NCBI GenBank assembly: GCA_964645765.1
Contig: CAZYBE010000011.1
Location: 7,897 to 71,896, forward strand
Direction of reading: 5' to 3'
Source of the DNA: an uncultured Eubacteriales bacterium
GTDB lineage: Bacteria > Acidobacteriota > Aminicenantia > Aminicenantales > Aminicenantaceae
DNA: 64,000 nt
Positions 49,803-60,406 of this stretch are shown here, piece after piece (position 1 is the first letter of the stretch; every line of letters begins with the position of its first letter). A program made the position numbers and the translations under genes. The notes under the pieces were generated by a model. That model saw only the letters and a program-made list of their open reading frames with translations. It was not told the DNA's origin and did no database searches.

Positions 49803-50546
49803 TTGTCATCAGCTAATAGATCGGAGGATCGAATAATTATAGCGATATTCGGCGACGTACACGGGAACATCGAAGCACTTCGAACAGCTTATCGAGCCGT
49901 GGAAATTAAGGCCGACAAGATATTTCATCTTGGCGACCTAGGGGGTTATGCTCCTTTTGTGAATGAAGTGGTAGACTTTTTGATTGAGCATAGCATAAAT
50001 GGAGTCCAGGGCAACTATGATGACGCTGTGGCCAACGATAGGGAACACTGTGGCTGTAAATATGAAGATCCCGTTCAAGAACAGATGACAGCTCTCTCGT
50101 TCGAATGGACGAAGAAGCACACAACGCAGAAGACGAAGGAGTACTTGAAGGGCCTCCCGCCGGTGCTTCATTTCTTTACTCAAGGCAAGAAGATCTTACT
50201 GTTTCATGCGGCACCGCATAAGAACAATCTTTACTGGTACGAAGGTCGCCCAGAGAAGTTTTTCACGGAGATGGCCGAGAAGACCGACTCCGATATCCTC
50301 GTCTACGGCCATACGCACAAGCCGTATCGAAAGGACTTTGGAGGGAGGGTCTTTATTAATGCCGGAAGCGTTGGGAAACCGAAGGACGGAGACCCGAGGG
50401 CATGCGTGGCTTTGATCGAGGTCACTCCCGATACGGTAAAGACAGATTTTGTAAGGATCGAGTACGAGGTCGAAAAAACCGTCGCGGCCATCTTGGAACA
50501 GGGTTTACCTGCATATTTCGCTGAAAAATTAAGACAAGGGAGATAG
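49803..50546 (+). CDS. Calcineurin-like metallophosphoesterase (YfcE-like); start uncertain
   Basis: GDVHGN, LGDLGGY, QGNYD, FH, GHTHKP, NAGSVGKPKDGDPRA. Confidence 0.85.
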   Translation: MSSANRSEDRIIIAIFGDVHGNIEALRTAYRAVEIKADKIFHLGDLGGYAPFVNEVVDFLIEHSINGVQGNYDDAVANDREHCGCKYEDPVQEQMTALSFEWTKKHTTQKTKEYLKGLPPVLHFFTQGKKILLFHAAPHKNNLYWYEGRPEKFFTEMAEKTDSDILVYGHTHKPYRKDFGGRVFINAGSVGKPKDGDPRACVALIEVTPDTVKTDFVRIEYEVEKTVAAILEQGLPAYFAEKLRQGR

Positions 50547-50602
50547 CCCTGAAAAATAAATACTGTCTTTACGTCGGGAATGATTCATGAGGGAAAGGTA
50601 CC

Positions 50603-51643
50603 ATGGCGGACGCTAAGCTGCATAAGACCGATGAGGCACTCAAAGCGGCGCAAAAGATATTGGCAGCCGAGGGAAAAGACCTGCGGGCCTCGCTTTACCG
50701 GGATATTTTTCTCAATGCGCTGAAGTGCCAACGGGATGAACTTGATATTTTGGACCTGAAGATCATCAACCGCGCCCTGGCCGAGTTCCGGCATGCCGCA
50801 TGCGTATTCAAACCGTACAGACCGCTCCGCAAGGTTTCCATCTTCGGTTCGGCTCGCGAACCCAAGGGAAGTCCCTACTACAAGCTGGCGGTAAGATTCG
50901 CTCGTCGTCTGGTCGAGAAAGGCTTTATGGTCATCACCGGAGCGGCATCAGGCATTATGAAAGCCGGGATCGAGGGAGCCGGACTTCGGAACAGCTTTGG
51001 AGTGAATATCCTCCTGCCCTTTGAGAGAGGGCTGGCTAAAATCATCCGAGACGATCCGAAAGTCGTCAGGTTTAAATACTTTTTCACGCGCAAAATATTT
51101 TTTGTGATGGAAGCCGATGCGGTCACCCTATTCCCCGGCGGCTTTGGCACGCACGATGAAGGATTTGAGGTGTTAACGTTGCTTCAAACTGGGAAAGCGC
51201 CGCCCATGCCCATTATCCTTATGGAACTTCCTGGAGAAGATTACTGGGAAACTTGGGATCGATTTATAAGACGGCAGTTACTGGCCCGGGGTTTCATATC
51301 TGCGGAGGACTTGAGTTTCTATAAAATTGCACGGTATCCTGAAGAAGCTATAGACTGGATCACCTCTTATTATTCAACGTATCACTCCCTGCGCCAGGTC
51401 AGAGACAAGCTTGTGATCAGGTTGGAAAAGGAACTCAAAGACGCTCATGTCAGAAGATTAAACGATATGTTCCAGGACCTCATTGAATCGGGGAAAATTT
51501 TCAAAACGCGGGCGCTTCCCGAAGAGAAAGACGAACCAAATCTCAGGTCAAAACCCAGGATTGCTTTCGCTTATAACCGAAAAAGCGCGGGGCGCCTTAA
51601 TAAAATGATTTTGACGATCAATAGAATGGGCCGCTTGGCATAA
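50603..51643 (+). CDS. LOG-family Rossmann-fold nucleotide-binding protein with extensions
   Basis: VSIFGSAR, ITGAASGIM, FFTRKIFF, FPGGFGTHDEGFEVLTL.QTGK. Confidence 0.85.
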   Translation: MADAKLHKTDEALKAAQKILAAEGKDLRASLYRDIFLNALKCQRDELDILDLKIINRALAEFRHAACVFKPYRPLRKVSIFGSAREPKGSPYYKLAVRFARRLVEKGFMVITGAASGIMKAGIEGAGLRNSFGVNILLPFERGLAKIIRDDPKVVRFKYFFTRKIFFVMEADAVTLFPGGFGTHDEGFEVLTLLQTGKAPPMPIILMELPGEDYWETWDRFIRRQLLARGFISAEDLSFYKIARYPEEAIDWITSYYSTYHSLRQVRDKLVIRLEKELKDAHVRRLNDMFQDLIESGKIFKTRALPEEKDEPNLRSKPRIAFAYNRKSAGRLNKMILTINRMGRLA

Positions 51644-51679
51644 TAGAGGGAGTGATCAAAGCTATAATAAGGGAATTTC

Positions 51680-53062
<1,383 letters not shown>

Positions 53063-53241
53063 TTATAGTATATTATGATTTATACGTATCCTTTCTTCAA
53101 ATATCTTAAAATTGTTATGGATTTATTTGGATTCAATTTGGATTTTAATAAAAAAATCCAACCGTTCCGTAGCCGGCGCTTGCTTGACTTTTATAAAAGC
53201 AAGGCTTATTTTTTATAAAGAAAATAAAAAGGATAAATATT

Positions 53242-54528
53242 ATGAACAAAGAATCCTTTAATCCCTTTGTCCTGGCTCAATTCCAATTCGACAGGACTGC
53301 GGATTGGCTCAGCCTGGACTTACCAACCAGAGAGCTGTTGCGTGTTCCGATGAAAGAATATCAATTCCTCATTCCCCTTCGCTTGGATGACGGGAGTGTC
53401 AAGGTCTTCCGCGGCTTCCGCGTGGTCCATAACGATGCCCGAGGAGCCGGCAAGGGAGGTATTCGTTTCCATCCTCATCAGACCATTGACACCATCCGCG
53501 CCCTGGCAATGTGGATGACCTGGAAATGCGCCCTGATGGACCTTCCCTTGGGTGGCAGCAGCGGAGGGGTAGCCTGTGATCCTCACTACTTAAGCCTTCG
53601 AGAGCAGGAGCATCTCTGCCGGGGCTGGGTTAGGCAGCTGGCCAGGGACCTTGGTCCGCAGGTCGATGTTCCCGCGCCTGAGCTCATGACCAGCGCGCAG
53701 CACATGCTCTGGATGCTGGACGAGTACGAGGCTCTCCGCGGGGAGAAAACCCCGGGATTTATTACCGGCAAGCCTGTAGGGATGGGAGGATCTCTCGGCA
53801 GAGTGGAAGCTGCGGGTTTTGGCCTCGTCTTTTCCCTGCGCGAGGCCCTGAAAGAAATGAAGATGAAGCCGGACGGCACGACTGCCAGTGTCCAGGGGTT
53901 CGGCAATGTGGCTCAGCATGCTGTCCGACTCTTCGAACAGGTTGGCGGCAAAGTGACCTGCGTTTCTTGCTGGGATCAGAAAGACGCAACGCCCTATGCT
54001 TATAAAAAAGAATCCGGCATCGAGCTCGAAGCCCTGGCTGGCATCACGGACCGCTTCGGCGGGATCGATAAAGAGAGTGCCCGGAAGATGGGGTATGAAG
54101 TCCTTCCCGGAGAGGCCTGGCTCGCTCAGGATGTGGACATCTTGATTCCGGCGGCTGTCGAGAATCAAATCACAGATAAGAATGTGCAAACAATCCGCCC
54201 GCGCGTCAGAATCATCGCCGAGGGAGCCAACGGCCCCACCACCTTCGAAGCCGACAGAGTCATCGCTGAGCGGGGTATCCTCGTCATTCCTGATATTCTC
54301 GCCAACGCCGGTGGTGTGACCTGCAGCTATTTCGAGCAGGTCCAGAGCAACATGAACTATTATTGGGAGAAAGACGAGGTTCTCGGCAAGCTGGATGTCA
54401 AAATAACCTCTGCCTTCAACGCTGTCCTCGAATTCGCCAAAAAAAAGAAGCTTTCCATGCGGGAGGCGGCTTTTTCTATCGCCGTGGCCCGGGTGGCCCA
54501 AGCCTGCAAGGACCGAGGTTGGGTTTAA
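53242..54528 (+). CDS. Glu/Leu/Phe/Val dehydrogenase homolog with altered catalytic residues
   Basis: GKGGIRFHP, MTWKCA, QGFGNVA and NAGGV present, but GGSSGG replaces GGxKGG and PAPE replaces PAPD/PAGD. Confidence 0.9.
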   Translation: MNKESFNPFVLAQFQFDRTADWLSLDLPTRELLRVPMKEYQFLIPLRLDDGSVKVFRGFRVVHNDARGAGKGGIRFHPHQTIDTIRALAMWMTWKCALMDLPLGGSSGGVACDPHYLSLREQEHLCRGWVRQLARDLGPQVDVPAPELMTSAQHMLWMLDEYEALRGEKTPGFITGKPVGMGGSLGRVEAAGFGLVFSLREALKEMKMKPDGTTASVQGFGNVAQHAVRLFEQVGGKVTCVSCWDQKDATPYAYKKESGIELEALAGITDRFGGIDKESARKMGYEVLPGEAWLAQDVDILIPAAVENQITDKNVQTIRPRVRIIAEGANGPTTFEADRVIAERGILVIPDILANAGGVTCSYFEQVQSNMNYYWEKDEVLGKLDVKITSAFNAVLEFAKKKKLSMREAAFSIAVARVAQACKDRGWV

Positions 54529-54530
54529 GT

Positions 54531-56270
54531 TTGCATTATCAACAGTCCATCTCGCCCTTCGACCGCCATTTCTTTACGGGGAAAGAAAAGTTCACGGCTA
54601 TCGGTCGCGGTTCCTTGGGGGGAAAAGCCCATGGCCTGGCCCTGATGAAGGACATTCTCGAAAGCCGCCTGGCAGCATCCTACCGGCCTGATATCGACAT
54701 CACCACACCGACCCTGACAGTCATCACCACAGAATTCTTCGACCTTTTCATGAAGCAAAACAACCTCTACGACGTGGCTTTATCCGGCCTCCGCGATGAC
54801 CTCATCGCCACTGCTTTTCAGAAGGCCGAGCTTCCTGCCCAGCTCGTTGGCGACCTGCGCGCCCTTATCGCCCAGGTTCACTCGCCGCTGGCCATCCGGT
54901 CCTCCAGCATGCTCGAGGACGCCATGTTCGAGCCGTTCGCCAGCGTCTATTCCACAAAAATGATCCCAAACAACGAGCTGGATACTGACACCCGCTTCAG
55001 GAAGCTGGTGGAGGCGGTCAAGTTTGTCTACGCTTCGACTTTCTTGAGGGACGCGAAAAACTACATTCAAGCGACAAAGCACAAGATGATAGACGAAAAG
55101 ATGGCAGTCATCATCCAAGAAATCGTCGGCGTGCGGCACGGCCAGCGCTTCTATCCTCATATCTCGGGTGTAGCCCGTTCCTATAATTTTTATCCGCTCG
55201 GCCATACCAAGCCCGCCGACGGAGTGATCGATCTTGCTCTCGGCTTGGGCAAAATGATCGTGGATGACGGCGTCGCCTGGTCTTATTCGCCGGCCTATCC
55301 CAAGGCAAATCCGCCCTATAACACGCTTGCCGAACTCTTAGGCCAGAGCCAGAACGAATTCTGGGCTGTCAACATGGGGCCTCCTCCCGAGTTCAATCCC
55401 CTCAAAGAAACCGAATATATGGCGAAGTTCAGCCTGGAGGATGCCGAGATGGATGGAATCCTCCGCTTCATCGCCTCCACCTACAGGGCTCAGGACGACA
55501 AAATCGTCTACGGAATCTCGGAGAAGGGGCCGAGGATTATCGATTTCGCGTCAATCCTGAAATTCGACCTCATTCCACTCAACAAGATGCTTAAAGAACT
55601 GCTTAAAATCTGCGAGGACACACTGGAGAGAATGGTTGAGGTTGAATTTGCCTTGACTCTCGATGAACACCGTGGCGCTCCTGCCCGTTTTGGATTTCTG
55701 CAGGTCAGACCGATGGTTGTATCAGAGACAAAAGTCGACCTCTCTTTGGCGGAGCTGAGCGGAGAGAAGGTGCTCGTGGCTTCCGATTCGGCCCTGGGAA
55801 ATGGAGTCCTCGAAAATATCCGCGACATCGTTTATGCCAAGCCGGAGAAATTCAGCATTCATCATTCGGAGGCCATCGCCTCAGAGCTCGAACACTTGAA
55901 CTGTCAGCTGGTGGCTTCAAGCAGCCCTTACCTGCTCGTCGGGTTCGGCCGCTGGGGGACATCCGACCCACAGGCCGGAATTCCTGTCAATTTCGGCCAG
56001 ATCTGCGGAGCCAAAGTCATCGTCGAGTCAGCACTTCCTGAGATGAGCTCGATGCTCAGCCAGGGTTCGCATTTTTTCCACAATATCACCAGCTTCAAAG
56101 TCTTCTATTTCTCAGTAAGCTCATGGGATAAATACAAAATCGATTGGGACTGGTTGAACAAGCAGGAAGTCGTCCAGGAAACAGAATTCGTCCGACAGGT
56201 CAGGGTTCTGTCTCCCTTGAAAATAAAAGTCGACGGGAGAACCAGTCGGGGGGTGATCTATCATGAGTAA
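54531..56270 (+). CDS. PEP-synthase-N-like ATP-grasp protein 1, no His domain; start revised to TTG 54531
   Basis: GGKAHGL, AIRSSSMLED, MAVIIQEIVG, VEFA, LQVRP; ends GSHFFHNI; no TSHAAI phospho-His motif. Confidence 0.85.
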   Translation: MHYQQSISPFDRHFFTGKEKFTAIGRGSLGGKAHGLALMKDILESRLAASYRPDIDITTPTLTVITTEFFDLFMKQNNLYDVALSGLRDDLIATAFQKAELPAQLVGDLRALIAQVHSPLAIRSSSMLEDAMFEPFASVYSTKMIPNNELDTDTRFRKLVEAVKFVYASTFLRDAKNYIQATKHKMIDEKMAVIIQEIVGVRHGQRFYPHISGVARSYNFYPLGHTKPADGVIDLALGLGKMIVDDGVAWSYSPAYPKANPPYNTLAELLGQSQNEFWAVNMGPPPEFNPLKETEYMAKFSLEDAEMDGILRFIASTYRAQDDKIVYGISEKGPRIIDFASILKFDLIPLNKMLKELLKICEDTLERMVEVEFALTLDEHRGAPARFGFLQVRPMVVSETKVDLSLAELSGEKVLVASDSALGNGVLENIRDIVYAKPEKFSIHHSEAIASELEHLNCQLVASSSPYLLVGFGRWGTSDPQAGIPVNFGQICGAKVIVESALPEMSSMLSQGSHFFHNITSFKVFYFSVSSWDKYKIDWDWLNKQEVVQETEFVRQVRVLSPLKIKVDGRTSRGVIYHE

Positions 56271-59200
56271 AGAGCAAAAAAATATAGATACTTTAGTCTG
56301 GTTCCTGTCCGAACGGGCCAAGGAACTGAATTGCCTCTACAAAATCGAAGGGCTCCTCAACAAACCTGATGCCAGCCTTACGGATATCTGCAAAGGGGTC
56401 GTCGAGGCTATTCCGCCGGGCTGGCAGTATCCAGATGTCTGCGTCGCCAAAATCACCATAGAGGGGCACACCTGCCAATCCCCAAACTTCAAAGAGACGC
56501 CCTGGGTCCAGTTTGCCGACATCAAAGTCCAGGATAAGAAAATCGGGAGGTTGAGCGTTTACTACACAAGCGAGATGCCCCATGCCGACGACGGTCCCTT
56601 TTTGAAAGAGGAAACAAAACTTCTGGGCACGATCGTCGAGCGGTTAGGGCATTACATCCTCTACTCCCGGATGAAACAAGCATTCCAAGAATACCAGACT
56701 GCCCGGGAAGAAATCTCGGCCCACCGGACAGAAGAATGGCGCGTGGCTTTGAATTTCTTGCGTCAGACCAACAAGAACCTTTTTCTGAATATCTCCCGCC
56801 AAATGCTCAATTTCCTCAGTTGGAGCGGCGTTCAGGAAGCAGAGAAAATCCTCCTAAAATCTTTAGCCGGCCAAAAAAGCCGCCCCGAGAGTTATTCTGA
56901 AGACGACAATCGTCCCTATCGAATGACCCTGCCCGCCTTCAGCGAAAAACTCAGCGATGAAACGTTCAAGCTGGCGGCCAAGCATCTCACCAACGAGCAA
57001 ATTCTCTCCAACATCCAGAAGTGGATTCAGGAGGACCGGCTGAGCTTTCTGGTCCAGGTGACAAACAGGAATCTCTCCCTTGCTCAGGTTGTTGACGCTA
57101 TCCGGCGCTATCATCATATTGCGGCGGAAGGCATCGAACTCCCTCCTGCCAGCAAGCGGGGCGTCCTGGTCTCCCTGATCCGGCGCTTCCTCTCGGACCA
57201 GCCGGAATTCATAAACACGGCTATCGAGCACACTGAGGTCGATAACTTTTACGAAATTCTGGATCATATCGTTTTTCCGGCTGCAAGCCAGGGAAAACTC
57301 GGCGGGAAAAGCAGCGGGTTATTCCTTGCCAAGCATATCCTGAAGAAATCGGCCGATTCCCTGAGCCACTTTAGCGAGATCAAGGTTCCCAAGACGTGGT
57401 ACATCACCTCGGATGGACTCTTGAGCTTTCTCTCCTACAACAACCTCAACGAGGCTGTCGAACAAAAATACAAGGACATCAACCAGGTCCGGCTGGAATA
57501 TCCCCACATCGTCCACACCTTCAAAAATTCCCGCTTCTCCACGGACATCATCCAGGGTCTGTCTATGGTCCTGGATGACTTCAAGGATCAGCCGATCATC
57601 GTCCGCAGCTCCAGCCTGCTCGAAGACCGGCCAGGCTCATCATTTTCAGGAAAATACAAGAGTCTGTTCCTGGCCAACCAAGGAAGCAAGCAGGAGCGCC
57701 TGGATGCCCTCAAGGATGCCATCGCTGAAGTCTATGCCTCGACCTACGGACCCGACCCGATCGGCTACCGCTCGGAGAGGGGCTTGCTTGACCTTAACGA
57801 GGAAATGGGCATCATGATTCAAGAAGTCGTAGGCACGCGGGTCGGAGACTATTTTCTGCCTTCGTTTGCAGGTGTCGCCTTCAGCCGGAACGACTCTCGC
57901 TGGTCCCCAAGGATCAAGCGTGAAGATGGCCTGCTGCGGCTGGTCCCAGGATTGGGAACGAGAGCTGTGGATAGGACGAGCGACGACTATCCTGTTTTGA
58001 TCGCTCCAGGACAGGTCGGCCTCCGGGTTAATGTCACGGCCGACGAGGTTGTCCGTTATGCACCTAAGAAGGTTGATGTCATCAACTTAAAAACGAATAG
58101 CTTCGAGACTATAAGAGTCACAGACTTGTTCAAGACCTCCGGCAGTGGAATTCCTGCCATAGATAAAATCGTCTCCATCTATGACGGTCAAAGTCTTCGG
58201 AAGCCTTTGGGAAATGCTATCGATTTCGAGAAGGATGACCTCGTGGTCACCTTTGAAGGGTTGATAAACAATTCGTCCTTCATTCCTCAGCTCCGCCAGG
58301 TGATGCGGCTCCTGGAAGAAAGGCTCAATTCGCCGGTGGACATCGAATTCGCATCCGATGGGAAAAATTTTTATCTCCTCCAATGCCGGCCTCAAAGCTA
58401 CATGGAGGGAGGCGGGCCTGCCTTTATCCCCAAGGACTTATCCAAGGACAAAGTCCTATTCCTGGCCAACCGTTTCATCTCCAACGGCAGCGTGCCCGAT
58501 GTCAGCTATATCGTCTATGTCGACCCTCAAAGCTACAATGACCTGCCCAGCCAGACGTCTCTTCTGGCTGTAGGACGCGCAGTGGGAAGGCTGAACAAGC
58601 TCTTGCCCAGGCGCCGCTTCATTCTCATCGGGCCAGGACGCTGGGGAAGCCGGGGAGACATCAAGCTTGGGGTGAAAGTCTCCTACTCGGACATTTCGAA
58701 CACAGCTGCACTGGTAGAAATTGCCCGGCAATTGGGAAATTATCTTCCAGATCTTTCCTTCGGCACGCACTTCTTCCAGGACCTTGTGGAAGCAGAGATC
58801 CGTTATCTGCCTCTTTATCCCGACGAAAAGGGCACTGTTTTCCAGGAGAACTTTTTCAGGGAGTCACCGAATATCCTTGCTCATGTCCTGCCTGATTTTG
58901 CCGACCTTGCGGATACGGTCAAAGTGATTGATGTTCCTGCGACGACTGGAGGATTAGTGCTCCGCATCCTGATGAATGCCGACCTCGATGAAGCCGTCGG
59001 CATCCTGGTCAACCCCCAAGCCGAACCTCCCTCTCCAGTTGTCCCGAAAGAAGCGGAGAAGAAGAAGCCAGAAAACTATTGGGCCTGGCGGCTCGAAATG
59101 GCAGAACACATCGCTTCCCAGCTTGACCCTCAGCGCTTTGGAGTCAAAGCTATGTACATTATCGGCAGCACCAAGAATGCCACAGCCGGGCCGCAGAGCG

Positions 59201-59457
59201 ACATCGACCTCTTAATTCATTTTCAAGGGACAAAAAACCAGCGCCGGGAGTTGCTGATTTGGCTGGAAGGCTGGAGTATTTGCCTGGACGAGCTGAATTT
59301 CCAGAGGATAGGGTACAAAAGCGGGGGGCTGCTCGATGTCCACATTGTCACCGACGAGGATGTCGCCAACAAGGCAGGCTATGCGATAAAAATAGGCGCC
59401 GCCACAGATGCCGCAAGGCCTCTCCGCCTCAAAGAAAAAACCGGCGACTCAAGCTGA
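56263..59457 (+). CDS. GAF-like + PEP-synthase-N-like ATP-grasp + nucleotidyltransferase fusion
   Basis: N-terminal ERAKELNCLY...GPFLKEE; GGKSSG, VRSSSLLED, DIEFA, LLQCRP; C-terminal YIIGST...SDIDLL...LDVH. Confidence 0.85.
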   Translation: MSKEQKNIDTLVWFLSERAKELNCLYKIEGLLNKPDASLTDICKGVVEAIPPGWQYPDVCVAKITIEGHTCQSPNFKETPWVQFADIKVQDKKIGRLSVYYTSEMPHADDGPFLKEETKLLGTIVERLGHYILYSRMKQAFQEYQTAREEISAHRTEEWRVALNFLRQTNKNLFLNISRQMLNFLSWSGVQEAEKILLKSLAGQKSRPESYSEDDNRPYRMTLPAFSEKLSDETFKLAAKHLTNEQILSNIQKWIQEDRLSFLVQVTNRNLSLAQVVDAIRRYHHIAAEGIELPPASKRGVLVSLIRRFLSDQPEFINTAIEHTEVDNFYEILDHIVFPAASQGKLGGKSSGLFLAKHILKKSADSLSHFSEIKVPKTWYITSDGLLSFLSYNNLNEAVEQKYKDINQVRLEYPHIVHTFKNSRFSTDIIQGLSMVLDDFKDQPIIVRSSSLLEDRPGSSFSGKYKSLFLANQGSKQERLDALKDAIAEVYASTYGPDPIGYRSERGLLDLNEEMGIMIQEVVGTRVGDYFLPSFAGVAFSRNDSRWSPRIKREDGLLRLVPGLGTRAVDRTSDDYPVLIAPGQVGLRVNVTADEVVRYAPKKVDVINLKTNSFETIRVTDLFKTSGSGIPAIDKIVSIYDGQSLRKPLGNAIDFEKDDLVVTFEGLINNSSFIPQLRQVMRLLEERLNSPVDIEFASDGKNFYLLQCRPQSYMEGGGPAFIPKDLSKDKVLFLANRFISNGSVPDVSYIVYVDPQSYNDLPSQTSLLAVGRAVGRLNKLLPRRRFILIGPGRWGSRGDIKLGVKVSYSDISNTAALVEIARQLGNYLPDLSFGTHFFQDLVEAEIRYLPLYPDEKGTVFQENFFRESPNILAHVLPDFADLADTVKVIDVPATTGGLVLRILMNADLDEAVGILVNPQAEPPSPVVPKEAEKKKPENYWAWRLEMAEHIASQLDPQRFGVKAMYIIGSTKNATAGPQSDIDLLIHFQGTKNQRRELLIWLEGWSICLDELNFQRIGYKSGGLLDVHIVTDEDVANKAGYAIKIGAATDAARPLRLKEKTGDSS

Positions 59458-59465
59458 GCGCGCTC

Positions 59466-60329
59466 TCAAATCAGCTCGCGGCTGGCCGCGTCCAAATTTT
59501 CAAGGTCAAAGCGAATCAGAGCGAGCTCCGGACCGTCGTGAGCAGCGGAAAAACATATTGTGCGGCCGATGCGGTCTCGCCAGGAATGAGACAGCCTTGC
59601 CGACTCATGGACATGCCCATGAAACGTTAAGAGCGGCTGGCGGGCTTCGATGAAGCGCCGGACAGCTATGCTGCCGAGGTGACGGTCCAAAGGGACGTAA
59701 TCAATCATTTTTCCTCCAAGAGAGGATAGGTCAAGCTTCGTCTGGTAGGGAGGTGTATGGAAGAGAAAGATCGCCTTGGCCAGGTCTTCTTTCTCCGTCA
59801 GCCGCTCGAGGTCATCCTTAATCGTCGCATATTTTTTTTCCTGCTCAGAAACGGAAACAGTTCGAAACCCCTCTTCCGGTGAGACGGCGCCGGCGTCGAG
59901 ATAGCGGGAGACATCGTAGCGCTCCCAATCTTTCAGCCGAAAAGGAGTTGGAGGGACATAGGCATACCCATAAACAATAAAGTCCTTGAATGTCACCTTA
60001 CAATTATGAATATACTCCCATACGCCCAGTGAAGCCGCATCCAGAACTGCTGCCTCTTCCATCCGGCTGTCGTCGTTGCCCAAGATTATAAAAACCCTGG
60101 GATAGGAGCTTCCAAGCTCCTGGCGCAGCTCTAGAAGATTTTTCACCAAGAAATCGTTGATAAAATCCTGGTGCAAGAAATCAAAGGATTCGTGGACGTA
60201 CCAGGTCAGGGGCAAGGCATCGCCGCCGACAAACACGGCCTCGGGCTTTTCTCGAGAGATGGCGGAAAAAAGCTTCTGGTAACGGGCGATTCTGCCGTGG
60301 AGGTCAGAGACAAAAAAAATCAAGGACAT
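59466..60329 (-). CDS. Metallophosphoesterase (Icc-like)
   Basis: VSDLHG, VGGD, ILGNDD, FHTPP, HGHVHES; ATG at 60329. Confidence 0.85.
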   Translation of the reverse strand: MSLIFFVSDLHGRIARYQKLFSAISREKPEAVFVGGDALPLTWYVHESFDFLHQDFINDFLVKNLLELRQELGSSYPRVFIILGNDDSRMEEAAVLDAASLGVWEYIHNCKVTFKDFIVYGYAYVPPTPFRLKDWERYDVSRYLDAGAVSPEEGFRTVSVSEQEKKYATIKDDLERLTEKEDLAKAIFLFHTPPYQTKLDLSSLGGKMIDYVPLDRHLGSIAVRRFIEARQPLLTFHGHVHESARLSHSWRDRIGRTICFSAAHDGPELALIRFDLENLDAASRELI

Positions 60330-60406
60330 AAGGAAATCATAGCGAAAAAAATCCAAGGAGACAACTTTGGCGGATTCATCTGAGGCGAGACCTTGGCCGG
60401 AGGAAG

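Noticed and set aside
53188-53199. Palindrome cttttataaaag in the gdh divergent promoter
   Set aside because: A 12-bp AT-rich palindrome in an AT-rich spacer can arise by chance; no second copy to support it.
54363-54530. N-terminal 56 aa of the 635-aa ORF
   Set aside because: Overlaps the GDH homolog in another frame; the family-like sequence starts after TTG 54531.
54531-59457. Annotation as true PEP synthase (ppsA) or pyruvate phosphate dikinase
   Set aside because: No phospho-His motif and no C-terminal PEP/pyruvate barrel in either protein.
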